Numbered from the whole stretch's first letter, positions 13,222 through 24,838 are shown. The stretch: DNA of 63,205 nucleotides, filler included, from 8 parts of 8 records of this genome joined end to end with filler, not necessarily neighbours in it; one strand, 5' to 3'. Numbers and translations: made by a program. The notes: generated from the letters alone by a model not told the origin.

Positions 13222-13581
13222 TCAGCGTTTCAGCGGATTGCAGTTTTTGATAGTCACCCGCCCCTGCAGCAGATTTCCCTTAGAGTATTCGCTGAAGATA
13301 CAGGTATTGGTTTTGGGATCGTAATTTTCAACCCAGAGGTTGTCATCTTTCCAGGTTGTCGCGATATGATACTGTCCCTCGGGTACCGAGATGGTCATAA
13401 CGCCACCGTAGCGCTTTACAAACACCTGTTCCAACCCGAAATAGTATACAGCCCAGCCGACCACTATCAGCGACGCGAACACGATAATGCCAGTTTTCCA
13501 CTTTTCTGCTTTCGCCCCAAGTACATAAAATATGATGCCGGCGACTCCCAGCACTGCAAACCAGTACAAGTAGGTAATCAT
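13222..13581 (-). CDS. Hypothetical membrane protein
   Basis: Two N-terminal hydrophobic helices, then a soluble domain (YGGVMTISVPEG...TWKDDNLW); GGAGA RBS before MITY. Confidence 0.75.
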   Translation of the reverse strand: MITYLYWFAVLGVAGIIFYVLGAKAEKWKTGIIVFASLIVVGWAVYYFGLEQVFVKRYGGVMTISVPEGQYHIATTWKDDNLWVENYDPKTNTCIFSEYSKGNLLQGRVTIKNCNPLKR

Positions 13582-13667
13582 GTCATATCTCCCCAATCAC
13601 CCGTTTTTTCAGGTACTTTCCCGGATACTCCGCCCCGCAGCCATCAGATGCTGGGGCAGCGGCCTCT

Positions 13668-14147
13668 TCACCTGCACAGGTCAGGTGCCTCGCGGCAGAT
13701 TGCATCCAGTTCGGCGGCCGCTTCCGCATGGCCGTTATCCGCCCCCATCTTCAACCAGCGCAGAGCCTCTGCACCGTCGAAACTTTTGTAGGCCAGTCCC
13801 AGGTAGTATTGCGCATCAACCTGCCCCAGTTCCGCAGCCTTCTTGAACCAGCGCAGTGCTTCGACATTGTCCTTTTCAACACTGATCCCGTTCAAATAGA
13901 GCAGAGCCAGATCCAGCCCGGCCTCCCTGTGGCCGCCCGCAACCGCCTGTTCCAGCAAACCGATACCAGCCTGCACATTACGATCGATGCCGCCCCGCCC
14001 TTTCAAGTTGAGGTGCGCCAGCGTGTACTGAGCCTCCGGATCCCCATTGGCCGCATCGGCGATGAGATGGGAGTTGTCGAATTGCCCGGCCGAAACCAGA
14101 AACGGAAACACATAAAAGACAACGAGAACGCTCGACCGACTGAGCAA
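13668..14147 (-). CDS. Sel1-like repeat protein, probably exported; start approximate
   Basis: AANGDPEAQYTLAHL..KGRGG; ALRWFKKAAELGQVDAQYYLG repeats after a hydrophobic signal. Confidence 0.8.
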   Translation of the reverse strand: MLSRSSVLVVFYVFPFLVSAGQFDNSHLIADAANGDPEAQYTLAHLNLKGRGGIDRNVQAGIGLLEQAVAGGHREAGLDLALLYLNGISVEKDNVEALRWFKKAAELGQVDAQYYLGLAYKSFDGAEALRWLKMGADNGHAEAAAELDAICREAPDLCR

Positions 14148-14420
14148 CGTATATGAACGTTGAACAAATCTCCACACACGCCTTGATTGTGAATCAAAAC
14201 CCAAATTATTCAAGGTTCCCTTATAACGAAAGCTGAATAGGCTGAAGTTGGCAAACATATCAACCGATGAAACCACTCTCCGAGAATATTGCATAGGCGC
14301 GTGGATCACCCAGCGTGATGCACCATTCGCTGTAGCATAACGGGGTCCAGGATATCTGCAACCAAAAACGAGATGGGCCAGCACCGAAGATTGGGCGACA
14401 CGAATCATGCCCGTATCCTG

Positions 14421-15598
14421 CTAGCGGTATGCCGCCAGCCCCGTCACCTCCTGACCGATGATCAGCGTGTGGATATCGTGGGTGCCCTCGTAGGTATAGA
14501 CCGACTCCAGGTTGTTCATGTGCCGCATGATCGGGTATTCCCCCATGATGCCGTTGGCGCCGAGCATCGTCCGGGCCGTGCGGCAGATCTCGAGTGCCAC
14601 GTGGACATTGTTCATTTTCGCCATCGACACCTGTGCCGGCGTGGCCAGCCCTTTATCCTTAAGTCTTCCAAGTTGCAGAACGAGAAGCTGCCCCTTGGTA
14701 ATCTCGGTTACCATCTCGGCGAGTTTTTTCTGCTGCAGCTGGAAAGCGCCGATCGGTCTGTCGAACTGGACACGGGTCCGGCCATATTCGAGCGCCGTCT
14801 GGTAGCAGCAGTCGGCCGCCCCCAGCGCCCCCAGGCGATCCCATAACGGGCCTGGGTAAGACAGCTCAACGGCCCCTTTATACCGGAGACGCCCGGCAGC
14901 AGACTGCTCTGCTCATCCACCACGACGTTGTCCAATACCAGTTCGGACGTAACGGATGCGCGCAAACTCCATTTGCCCTTCATCTGCGGAGCGCTGAACC
15001 CGTCGCACCCCTTCTCCACCAAAAACCCGCGAATTCCATCCTCCGTCACGGCCCATACCAGCGCGACATCGGCGATCGACCCGTTAGTGATCCACATCTT
15101 TGCGCCGTTGATAAGCCAGGTACCGTCGTCTCGTCTCTGTGCCCGGGTGCGCATGCCGCTCGGGTTGGACCCGAAATCAGGTTCGGTCAGGCCGAAGCAG
15201 CCAATCTTCTCGCCCGCCGCCATCTGCGGGAGCCAGGTCCGTTTCTGCTCCTCACTCCCGTACGCGAAGATGGGATACATCACGAGCGACCCCTGAACCG
15301 ATGCAAGACTGCGCAACGCAGAGTCCCCGCGTTCCAGTTCGTACATCAGCAGCCCGTACGCAACATTTGACAGCCCGGCACAGCCATACGTTTCCGGAAG
15401 CGACGGCCCGAAAAATCCCAGGCTTCCCATTTCACCAACCAGATGGGCAGGAAACGTTTCGTGTTGGGCATGCTCATCAATTATCGGCATCACCTTTTCG
15501 TTGACAAAGGCCCGGGCGGTCTCCCGCACCAGTTTCTCCTCATCATCGAGAAGTGCCTGAAAATTCATGTAGTCGGTCAGCTCATTAGTCAGATTCAT
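14421..15598 (-). CDS. gcdH: Glutaryl-CoA dehydrogenase-type acyl-CoA dehydrogenase; frameshift near 14830
   Basis: ELERGDSALRS, GCFGLTEPDFGS, GAKMWITNG, C-terminal YTYEGTHDIH. ORFs 14708..15610 and 14421..14714 join as GIAWG-ALGAA across a G/C run. Confidence 0.88.
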
Positions 15599-16696
15599 CC
15601 TCTTCACCATACAATTGCGTTTATACGTGCGGGTCCCCCGCTTCGGTCGACTTGTGCCGACGCACGGGCGTGACCGTTGTTATAGCAGACTTTTTTATTT
15701 TAGTATATGGACGGACGGCAGGACGGAAAGATTATCGTCAGCGGCTATGCCCCGCTCCGGATATCGTTCCGTCCGCCGGTACCATCGTTCGTACACGACC
15801 GAAGCTGAGACACTGCCCGGCAGATTCTCGCAATATTGCCAGTTATAATTGCTATATCAATACGTTAAACAGATATATAGGCGAATATACCTAACTATTT
15901 TTAGGCCTATAACTGATTGCATTGCTGCGCTATCTGCTGTACATATATTCGACATGGAGATCTGTGTCCTTGTTCCTGCAGACGATGGCCATCTCCGCCC
16001 GGCAGAGCCCGAGTGGGACCAGGCACCTCCACCGGGCTCTGCTCCTTGATTGCATCCATCGATTGTTGCTGAACACGTTAGTGCCTTTTCGTCATGCAAC
16101 CAAACAAATACTACGTTTCATCCAGGATTTACGTACGGATCGGGAAAAATTCTTTTCTCATTAAAATTTAACATATCTGTCATTAATCCGGAATGTTAGA
16201 ACAAAATGATACAAAATATCAGGTACCTTAACGAAAAATAGTAACATTTTTTCTTGCTATTGCGGCGAAACCGTTTACATTCATGCCCAATGGGAAATAT
16301 CCTCAAGAACCAGATCACGCACAGTATCGTTCAACGTTTGTCTTTTCGCACTGTCTCATTGCGCAGCACCCGAAGATTCTTGCTGATCATAACCAGGGTA
16401 AAGCGGAATTATACGCTCTCTCAGCATGTCGATCACAACGGTTACAACGGGCCTGCTGCGGATTCCCGCCCAATTTTAAAATGACGAGACCTCACCGGAA
16501 TCATGGACCATGAGAATGGCCGGTCGTTCACCCGGAGGTTTACGTGGAATAATGAAATAACTTTGTGGCGTCTCTCTTATAGAAAGAGAAGTCACACGAG
16601 CGTTCCTTCACACAGGAAGGAACATCAACGGATCACATGATGGTGATTCGAACATAAATAGTCGGATTGCGGCTAACAGTAGAGGAGTAGTACAAA

Positions 16697-16897
16697 ATGG
16701 CAGAAGGAACAGTAAAATGGTTTAATGATGCAAAGGGATACGGTTTTATCGCACAGGAAGACGGCGGAGATCTCTTTGTCCACCATAGCGAGATACAGGC
16801 CGACGGCTTCAAATCTCTTGACGAAGGTGCCCGGGTAACCTTCGAAGTAGTCGACGGTCCCAAGGGACCGGCTGCAACCAACGTCGTACAGGTGTAA
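16697..16897 (+). CDS. cspA: Cold-shock protein (CspA family)
   Basis: [38 protein letters not shown]. Confidence 0.97.
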   Translation: MAEGTVKWFNDAKGYGFIAQEDGGDLFVHHSEIQADGFKSLDEGARVTFEVVDGPKGPAATNVVQV

Positions 16898-16919
16898 TTA
16901 CGAATCAGGTTGTCACGGT

Positions 16920-16946
16920 GGAGGGCTGTCGGCCGGCAGCCCTCCA
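16920..16946 (+). terminator. Hairpin after the csp gene
   Basis: GGAGGGCTGTC-ggcc-GGCAGCCCTCC; weak U-tract. Confidence 0.55.
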
Positions 16947-16952
16947 TTGAGG

Positions 16953-17420
16953 TATCATTCCGCCGGCCACCTCTCCCACAGAATCAGCACCATCCACTCG
17001 GATGAAACATTATCGTTTTTCCTGCTGAAGTACGCTCTCTACCAGTACCACGAAATCCTCTTTCAACAGCGGCTTCTGAACGAACGTGTCGAAACCCAGT
17101 TGTTCGGCGCAGGCGCGGTCAAAATCACCAGTATATCCGCTACAGAGAATCACGGGCAGTCAAGGATTGATCTCTTTGGCAAGCTCAAACAGGCGATCCC
17201 CGTTCATGACCGGCATACGATAATCGGTGATAAGCAGATCGACTTGGTTGGGGTTTCTATCGTCCACACTGACACAATCTGCATTTCGGTGATTTCCTTG
17301 ATGGTGAAGCTGTTTTTTATCAGGTTGCAGAGTTAAATCTCTTTCGGGGTAAATCGATACGATGGGCTCGACAGAGTGATCCCAGTCGGAGAGGCGAGAT
17401 TCAGAAGGTTCTGAATATCG
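16953..17420 (-). pseudogene. Decayed regulator remnants: LuxR-type HTH fragment joined out of frame to the C-terminal half of a receiver domain
   Basis: Hand translation gives FTPKEI*LCNLIKNSFTIKEITEMQIVSVWTIET (TAA at 17333-17335), then in another frame VDLLITDYRMPVMNG...INP*LPVILCSGY...FVQKPL (TGA at 17160-17162). Confidence 0.75.
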
Positions 17421-17627
17421 GAATCGTTTGTCATTACATTAATGTTTTCAAGCCCGTCTCCCGGATGCAAAGAGTGCGGCACGAACTCCACGCCCCATAC
17501 GTCGAACAGTACACAGCAAATCGATTGGCAATGCAACCGCCGTCAGTTATTATTGCCGGTACAATCACGCCCATACGAAACAAACCCTGCAGCGATCTTC
17601 AGCGGGCAACCAGCAGACGGAGATGAT

Positions 17628-18629
17628 ATGAACATCGTTTTCCATGGCACGAACGCGGCGAATTTTCACGACGGTATCGAAACCCGACTCACTACTTCTC
17701 ACCACGTTACACGACTCCCAGACGACTTGTCCGACCGGGATGCCCGCGATATCTTTGTCGGCGCCGATGTCATTATCGGGACCTCACTCTCCGGGACCGA
17801 CCCAGTCCCCAGGCTCGCACGCCTCTACCAGGTTGCAGGAGCCGGGTATGATGGAATCACACGCGAAGTACTTCCCTCGGGCTGCTGGCTCTGCAACTGT
17901 TTCGGGCACGAAACGGCCATCGGCGAATATGTAACCGCGGCAATCCTGACCCGGTATGTACCGCTCGTGCAGGCGGATTCAGAGTTGAGGGACGGCAACT
18001 GGCATTTCAGGGCCGGAAACCCGGGAGGTTTGCGGACCGAGTGCTCTGGAAGAACCGTCGGTTTGCTTGGCTACGGCCATATCGGAAAAGAGATTGCCGC
18101 CAAGGCCAAAGCTCTGGGAATGAACGTTCACGTGGCAAACCGCTCTCCCCTTTCCCCCGATGATTTTATCGACCGCTCCTTTCCCTTATCGTCACTGCAC
18201 TCCTTTTACACGGATATCGACATCCTCGTCGCCGCCCTTCCCCTCGCCGATGCCACCGTCGGCCTGGTCGACACGGCAGCGTTCAAACTGATGAAACCGG
18301 ACTGTCTGGTCATTAACGTGGGTCGCGGGGAAGTAATCGACGAACGGGCGTTGTACAATGCATTGAAAAACCAAACCATCGGCAATGCGGTGATCGACAC
18401 CTGGTATGTCTACCCCAACGAAGAGGAGCGCTCACCACTCCCAGGCAACCTGCCCTTTCATGAGTTGGATAACATCACCATAACCCCGCACATGTCCGGC
18501 TGGACACATGGCACGATTCTGCGAAGACAACAGGTGATTGCGGAAAACATCGACCGCCTCGCACTCGGCAAGCCACTACTCAACGTCGTCTACCAGCAGC
18601 CGGGAAAACCTGAAACGGAAATTGTGTAA
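17628..18629 (+). CDS. D-isomer-specific 2-hydroxyacid dehydrogenase
   Basis: VGLLGYGHIG, INVGRGEVIDE, TPHMSG; start MNIVFHG after GGAGA. Confidence 0.9.
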   Translation: MNIVFHGTNAANFHDGIETRLTTSHHVTRLPDDLSDRDARDIFVGADVIIGTSLSGTDPVPRLARLYQVAGAGYDGITREVLPSGCWLCNCFGHETAIGEYVTAAILTRYVPLVQADSELRDGNWHFRAGNPGGLRTECSGRTVGLLGYGHIGKEIAAKAKALGMNVHVANRSPLSPDDFIDRSFPLSSLHSFYTDIDILVAALPLADATVGLVDTAAFKLMKPDCLVINVGRGEVIDERALYNALKNQTIGNAVIDTWYVYPNEEERSPLPGNLPFHELDNITITPHMSGWTHGTILRRQQVIAENIDRLALGKPLLNVVYQQPGKPETEIV

Positions 18630-18655
18630 TTTTGCCGGGACGCTCGCGACGAAGC

Positions 18656-19088
18656 TCAGATCGATTTAAAGACATGGCTGATCGCCGGCATCATCCGTTC
18701 CACGCACTGCCGCCCTTCAGCGATCGCTTCATCGGCGCGATAGAATTCCAGTAACCCGATTTCCGACAGTTTCGGTGCCAGCAGGATATCCGGCGGATCG
18801 CCCGCCATGCGGCTCCTGGTGATTCGATCCTGGGTGATATTGATCGATCCGGCAATCGCCTCAAACAGATTGGGAGGCGGCTCATCTTCTTTTTTTGATG
18901 GGAGAAACGCTGTCGTATACTCCCTGGCCATATCGGTGATCTTGTCCACGAACGTCACCCCTCTGGATGTATCCGGGGAGACGCCTGAAAATGTTTCCCG
19001 ACTATATCTCCGTTGAGGTTGACCGCGATGACCACATCAGCCCCGAATGCGCGACACACGGAGACCGGCACGGGGTTTACCAGCCCCC
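18656..19088 (-). CDS. rssA: Patatin-like phospholipase RssA, 3' part (5' truncated; frameshift ~18960-19000)
   Basis: GLVNPVPVSVCRAFGADVVIAVNLN and QDRITRSRMAGDPPD...EFYRADEAIAEG. Confidence 0.8.
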
Positions 19089-19188
19089 NNNNNNNNNNNN
19101 NNNNNNNNNNNNNNNNNNNNNNNNNNNNNNNNTTAATTAATTAANNNNNNNNNNNNNNNNNNNNNNNNNNNNNNNNNNNNNNNNNNNN

Positions 19189-20884
19189 ATTTTAAACTGC
19201 CCCACCATCTGGCTTAAATTCCTTGCCAGATCAGATAATTGTCCCGCACTGGTACGAACCTCACGGCTGCCACTGCTAATTTGGGCGGTGGCTTCATTTA
19301 CCTGGGCAATGTCCCGGTTCACCTCCGCCACAACCCCGGAAGACTGGTTTACATTTTCATTGACCTGTTGGACGCCTATCGCCGCCTGGCTTACATTGTT
19401 TGAAATCTCCCGGGTGGTTGCAGATTGCTCCTCAATGGCGGTGGCAACACTTGTGACAATATCATTGATTTCATTGATGACCTGCACGATTGATTCTATG
19501 GCCTTGATTGATTCGGCAGTGGTATTTTGGACCCCGCAGATTTTTTGGTTGATTTCCCTGGTGGCCTCGGCAGTCTGCTGTGCAAGCATTTTTATCTCTT
19601 CGGCTACAACGGCGAATCCTTTACCGGCCTCTCCGGCCCTGGCGGCTTCTATGGTTGCATTCAAAGCAAGCAGGTTTGTCTGCTCGGATATATCGGAAAT
19701 GGTTTCGGTCACCTTATTGATTTCAGAGGCAGACTTGCCTAAGGCATCCACCTTTATTGAGACTTCCCGGGCGCTTTCCACTGCGTTTGATGTGGTCTGG
19801 CTGCCCTTGGCCGTATTGCTGCCGATTTCATTAATTGTTGCGCTCATTTGTTCTGAGGCCGAAACAATCATCTGGATATTTGCGGTTGTCTGCTCTGTCG
19901 CAGCGGCAACACTGTTCATGGTTGTGGCCATCTCCTCGGAAGCTGCGGCCACGGTGGCGGATTTTTTCTCGGTTTGACTGGAATTGGTATCTATCTGTTC
20001 TGAAATGTCTGAGAGCCTTGTGGAAGAGGTCGTCAGGGTCTGAACCCCGGTTAAGATGTCCTTGAACATGGCTTGTAAATTTTTTGACATTGAATCCAAG
20101 GCCTGCATCAGGGTACCGATTTCATCGTTTTGGTTGACCTCAAGGCCCTGGGTTAAATCGCCTTTTGCAAGTCCGTTGGCAAAGGCCACTGCGGCAAATA
20201 TCGGTTTTTTGATCATCAATGAAATGATCAGACCGAAAATGATACTCACCGCGACACCGGCTAGGACAAAATTCCGATTGTTGTCCGGGCCCTTTTTCCA
20301 TTGGAAATCACCTCTTGGGCAGCATGAAAAATCATCCCATGTACGTCTTTGAGCAGAACCTCAATGCTGGATTCAAAGGTGTAGATATTTTCCTTGAGCG
20401 GCACCATCATCTTATTGGCTTTTTGCGGCGTGATGGTTTTATCGGATGAAATCGTTCTTGTCAGATCCATAAAGCCCCTGGCATATTTTCCATAGGCATC
20501 CCGGGCAGCAAGAATTGCCTTTTTGAGATCATTGGAAAGGTCGGGGGTGGTTGAAATGATTTTTTCTGTGTCCGAAAGAAGCTGGGAGGTTTTTGCTTGG
20601 ACGGCTTGAAATTTTTTGATGTATCCGGCCTGTTTGTCAGGGTTTCCAATGTTCAGGAAAAAGTCCTTTTCATATCGCCGGTTTTGAAGTGCGGCAATTT
20701 TTAACTCTTTGGTTTTTTCAAGAAAGACCAGGTTCTTTTCGACCATTGTCTGGAAATCTGAATTGCTGCTTGATATCCACAAAAAGCCGATCCCGCCGAC
20801 GATCAGGGTAATAAGTGAAACAAAAGCAAAGGAACCGATTAATTTTGTTCCAATGGATAAATTTTTAAACCGGTTTAAGGACAT
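19189..20884 (-). CDS. Methyl-accepting chemotaxis protein (helical periplasmic sensor, HAMP, signalling domain); frameshift near 20270
   Basis: [29 protein letters not shown]. ORFs 20261..20896 and 19137..20249 join across a T-run as [16 protein letters not shown]. Confidence 0.92.
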
Positions 20885-21113
20885 AGTACACTCCAAAAAT
20901 TATTATAATAAAGCTGCTGTCAGTTCCCCAAAAGGGCCGCAGCCATATTTCCCTAAATAAAGGGTGGTTTTTTACACTAATTTAGCTTTTTTGAAAAGAG
21001 AAGGTTGTTGTTTTATGAAAAGTTATGCATGGCGGCTTGGGCCATGTGTTAAAATTTCCATATGCTGATGACCGGGAAGCGGCTATGGGCAGATGTCGGC
21101 TGAAACGACCGGG

Positions 21114-23435
21114 TCAGCCTGCGTCAAGAATTTTTCGGATGCACAGGACAAGTTCATTGATAATAATGGGTTTCTCATAATAGTCACGAATTCCCAAGGC
21201 CTGGGCCTGGTTCCGGTTAATTAACTCATTGTGGCCTGTGCATAGAATGATTGGCTGGTCCGGTGCCAGTTCCAGAATACGGGTGGACAGCGCCACACCG
21301 GTCATTCCGGGCATGGTCATGTCCGTGACAATGATATCGTAACGGTCCGGGGCCTGTTCATAGGCTTTAAACGCAGTTTGACCTTCGGGAAAGGCATCAA
21401 CCGTATACCCCAGCTCTTCCATCAGCTCTCTGGCAGATTCCCGCAGCGAATCTTCATCATCGACAAATAAAATGGTTTCCCGACCATCCATGGGCAGGGG
21501 GAGTTGTTTCCGGCGAACCTGGCCGGGCTTTTCCTCTGTCACGGGCAGGTAGACGTGAAAGGAGGTGCCCTGGCCCGGTTCGCTGTATACCTTGATGCAG
21601 CCGTGATGTTCTTTTATGATGCCCTGTACCACAGCCAGTCCCAGACCGGTCCCTTTTCCCTGGACCTTTGTGGTAAAATAAGGTTCAAATATCCGATCCA
21701 TCACCCCAGGGTCGATCCCTTCTCCAGTATCGCTGATTTCAAGTTTCAGATAACGGCCCGGACGGGTGTCCATATTTGAAATACAGTCTTTCTGGGAGAA
21801 ATCCACCTCTTTGAGCCCAACTCCCAATGTCCCCCCTGTCAGAGCCATGGCCTGGGATGCGTTTGTGCACAGATTTAAAACAACCTGGTTGATTTTTGAC
21901 GGATCCGCCAGGATCATGGATTCTGATTCAATGGCCTGGTTGATTTGAATGGTCTTTGGGATACTTGCGCGGATGAGTTTGAGCACTTCTTTTACCACCA
22001 GATAAACAGGAAGGGGCTGTCTGGTTGCCTGGCTTTTTCGGCTAAAGGTTAGGATCTGCTGGACCAGCTCCGATGACTTGCGGGCCCCGTCAATGATCTG
22101 TTCTATATCCTTTTGAGCCCGTTGGGGGTCTGCAAGATGATTTTTGGCCAATTGGGCGAAGCCGAATATTCCGGAAAGCATATTATTAAAGTCATGGGCG
22201 ATCCCGCCGGCCAGGGTCCCGATGGCCTCCATTTTCTGGGATTGCAGCAGCTGGGCATCAAGCTTTTTTCTCTCTTTCTCTGCCTGTTTTCGATCGGTGA
22301 TATTCAAAACTGAGGCAATGATGAATCGGACATGGCCATCTTTTTTTCGATGACAGGAGAGGTTGAGTTGGGTATGAATTACCTCTTTGTTTTTATGGAA
22401 AAATCGCCGCTCCGTTTCATAGGTGTCTATTTCACCGTCCACCATCCGATGATAGGTCGGCATTTCGGTTTTCAGGTCATCCGGGTGGGACAGCTCGGCC
22501 CAGGGCGTGCGTTTCAGTTCTGCTTCAGAATATCCAAGCATATTGCAAAGCCGGTTATTGGCCCGGATCCATATTTTTTCTTCCGACGCAATGGCAATAC
22601 CGATGTTTCCATACTCAAACTGAGACCGAAACAATGCTTCGCTTTCCGTGAGCTGACGGATCAGGTTTCTGACTTCCGCCTTTTCATATTCCAGGGTGTC
22701 TACCATTGTGTTAAATGAGGTCATCAGCCGTCCAAATTCATTGCGATCCACCTGGTCTATTTTCTGGAATTGTCCTTCGGACACGCCTTCTGTGGCAGTG
22801 ACAAGACGGTTCAGGGGCCGGCGAATGAATTGATAAAAAACACCAAGCAAGGTGAGGAGAACTGCTGCAAACACGCCGATCGCACTCAGGTGGGTTATCC
22901 AATAGGCCATGCGTACCGGGCGTTTATACTCTTTTTCAAAAACAAAACTGATCACATGCCAGTCCCAGAAGGGGAAAAATTGGACATGCCCCAGGACCGG
23001 CTCTTTGTTCAAATTAAAGTGAAATATTGTATCATCCATGTTTTCCGGAATCGTGATCTGAAACGATCCAGGCACCCCTCCGATTGAGCAGATCCGGATA
23101 TCCCTCCCGGCTTCCAGCACCAGCAGGTGAATATCAGGGAAGTGGGCGCTGATACGTTTAATCTTCTCAAGGGCCTCCTGTTCCAGGGTCTGGTTCATTT
23201 CCGGATTCTGTTCCAGCCGAAGTTCAAGCAGGTAGTTGAAGCTGTTTTCACAGATCTTCAATCCCATGGACGACGCCAGCCGGAGATTGGCGTCAAATTG
23301 TCTTTCAAGAAAGGCGTTCATGGGCCTGGAAAGAATCGAGACGGTCAAAGTGGACATGATAATGCCCACCAGGATCACCGGCAGCAGGAGTTTGAAAAGA
23401 ATGCCGTCATAAAATGGGAATTTATTTTTTTCCAT
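21114..23435 (-). CDS. Hybrid sensor histidine kinase (TM, HAMP, PAS, HisKA, HATPase, receiver)
   Basis: LAGGIAHDFNN, NLCTNA, GKGTGLGL, ILFVDDE, TDMTMP. Confidence 0.93.
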   Translation of the reverse strand: MEKNKFPFYDGILFKLLLPVILVGIIMSTLTVSILSRPMNAFLERQFDANLRLASSMGLKICENSFNYLLELRLEQNPEMNQTLEQEALEKIKRISAHFPDIHLLVLEAGRDIRICSIGGVPGSFQITIPENMDDTIFHFNLNKEPVLGHVQFFPFWDWHVISFVFEKEYKRPVRMAYWITHLSAIGVFAAVLLTLLGVFYQFIRRPLNRLVTATEGVSEGQFQKIDQVDRNEFGRLMTSFNTMVDTLEYEKAEVRNLIRQLTESEALFRSQFEYGNIGIAIASEEKIWIRANNRLCNMLGYSEAELKRTPWAELSHPDDLKTEMPTYHRMVDGEIDTYETERRFFHKNKEVIHTQLNLSCHRKKDGHVRFIIASVLNITDRKQAEKERKKLDAQLLQSQKMEAIGTLAGGIAHDFNNMLSGIFGFAQLAKNHLADPQRAQKDIEQIIDGARKSSELVQQILTFSRKSQATRQPLPVYLVVKEVLKLIRASIPKTIQINQAIESESMILADPSKINQVVLNLCTNASQAMALTGGTLGVGLKEVDFSQKDCISNMDTRPGRYLKLEISDTGEGIDPGVMDRIFEPYFTTKVQGKGTGLGLAVVQGIIKEHHGCIKVYSEPGQGTSFHVYLPVTEEKPGQVRRKQLPLPMDGRETILFVDDEDSLRESARELMEELGYTVDAFPEGQTAFKAYEQAPDRYDIIVTDMTMPGMTGVALSTRILELAPDQPIILCTGHNELINRNQAQALGIRDYYEKPIIINELVLCIRKILDAG

Positions 23436-23449
23436 TTGCCTTTGTCTGT

Positions 23450-24715
23450 TTAGAGGATGGGTGTGGCGGTCTGCATTTTTACCGGCCAGACAATCTGTTT
23501 TTTTCCGTTCTGCCATTGGATAATAAAAGAATTGTGTCCCACCTGTTTGCCCGAGGGATCAACCTTAAACCGCCCCAAAATCGTTACCGTATCAAGGGCG
23601 GCCACATATTCTCTGAGCGTCTCATGATCAAAGGATTTGGTCTGAACCACGGCCTGCTCCAGAATCTGGCAGGCGGAAAACGCTGCCGCCGCATGAAAAG
23701 AGGGATCAATGCCTGAAAATCGGGTAAACGCATCAACAAAGCGTTTTGTTCCTGGGAAGGGAATCCGTTCCATGGGTTCCCATTGGGATGGTCCCAGTAC
23801 CCGGTCGGCCATCTTACCCGCGGTTTTTTTAAAATCCGGGTGGGGCGGAGCAATGGGCATTCCCAGGACCCTGGGCCGGTAGTTTTTTGTCTCCAGCAGA
23901 TGAAGCAATTGATAAAGATCCGGGGGATATGCTGATATGATCAACCCGTTTGAATCCCTGGCCCGTACACTCTCAACCAGTCCAGGCAGTTGTTTTTTCC
24001 CGTCTTGAAAGCTCTGGTCAAGCGTGAGTTCTATTTTAAACATTTTGGCCCATGCCCTTATCCCTTTGGCAGTGTTTATGTTGAACTCGGAGGTGTCATC
24101 GTAAAGAAGGGCAAGGGTTTTAAACCCTTTTTTCGCCATGATATCTAAAAATCCAATGAATTGACGGTCAGCGGGTGCGTAGATCTGGAACAGATACCGG
24201 TTCCCCCTTTCCCAGGGACTTGATGAGGCAGCAGCCACCGCAAGCAATATTTTTTTATGCTGCTCGGCGATTTTTGCTGCAACGGCATTTAATGGCGAGC
24301 CTGTATGGGGAAAGGACAAAATCCACCCTCTGTTCCTGGATCAGTTTTTTATAGAGGGTTTGGGTTCTTTCCCTGTCGCTTTTGTCATTGTACAAAATCA
24401 GGTTTACTTTTCTGCCGAGCAGTCCCCCCTTTGATTCACCTCTTTGACCCAGAGTTGGTATCCTTTTTTTATCATTTGTGACGGTTCCCGGTATTTTCCG
24501 TCAAGTGAGACTGTTGCCCCGATTGTAATGGGAGGCTGGCTTTTTGCAGGGGGTAAAAACAAGCAGAAAATACCAATAAATACCAAGACAGCCCCTGGAA
24601 CAGAGGCATTCCGCGATTCATTTTTCGTTTCCTTTTTCGCTGCCGCAGGCAGAACCCATGTGGCCGGTATAAACTGATTTTCAGGACAAGGGCAAGGCAG
24701 CAGAGTATGTATCAA
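23450..24715 (-). CDS. Branched-chain amino acid (LivJ/Peripla_BP_6-type) substrate-binding protein; frameshifts near 24425 and 24300; start uncertain
   Basis: ITIGATVSLDG, VNQRGGLLGRKVNLILYND (reconstructed), SPYGSP, QWQNGKKQIVWP. Confidence 0.82.
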
Positions 24716-24838
24716 TTTTCAATGAGTTTAGAATATATTTTACCCAAAGCCTTGGGCAAATGCAAAACAAATCTAAGCCATTGAGCAATCAAAGGTCAAA
24801 CGATCAAAGAGAAACTGGGGTGTGAAGATAGAAAAGGC

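Noticed and set aside
17160-17162. In-frame TGA as selenocysteine
   Set aside because: It sits at a non-catalytic receiver position within a truncated remnant, next to another broken fragment.
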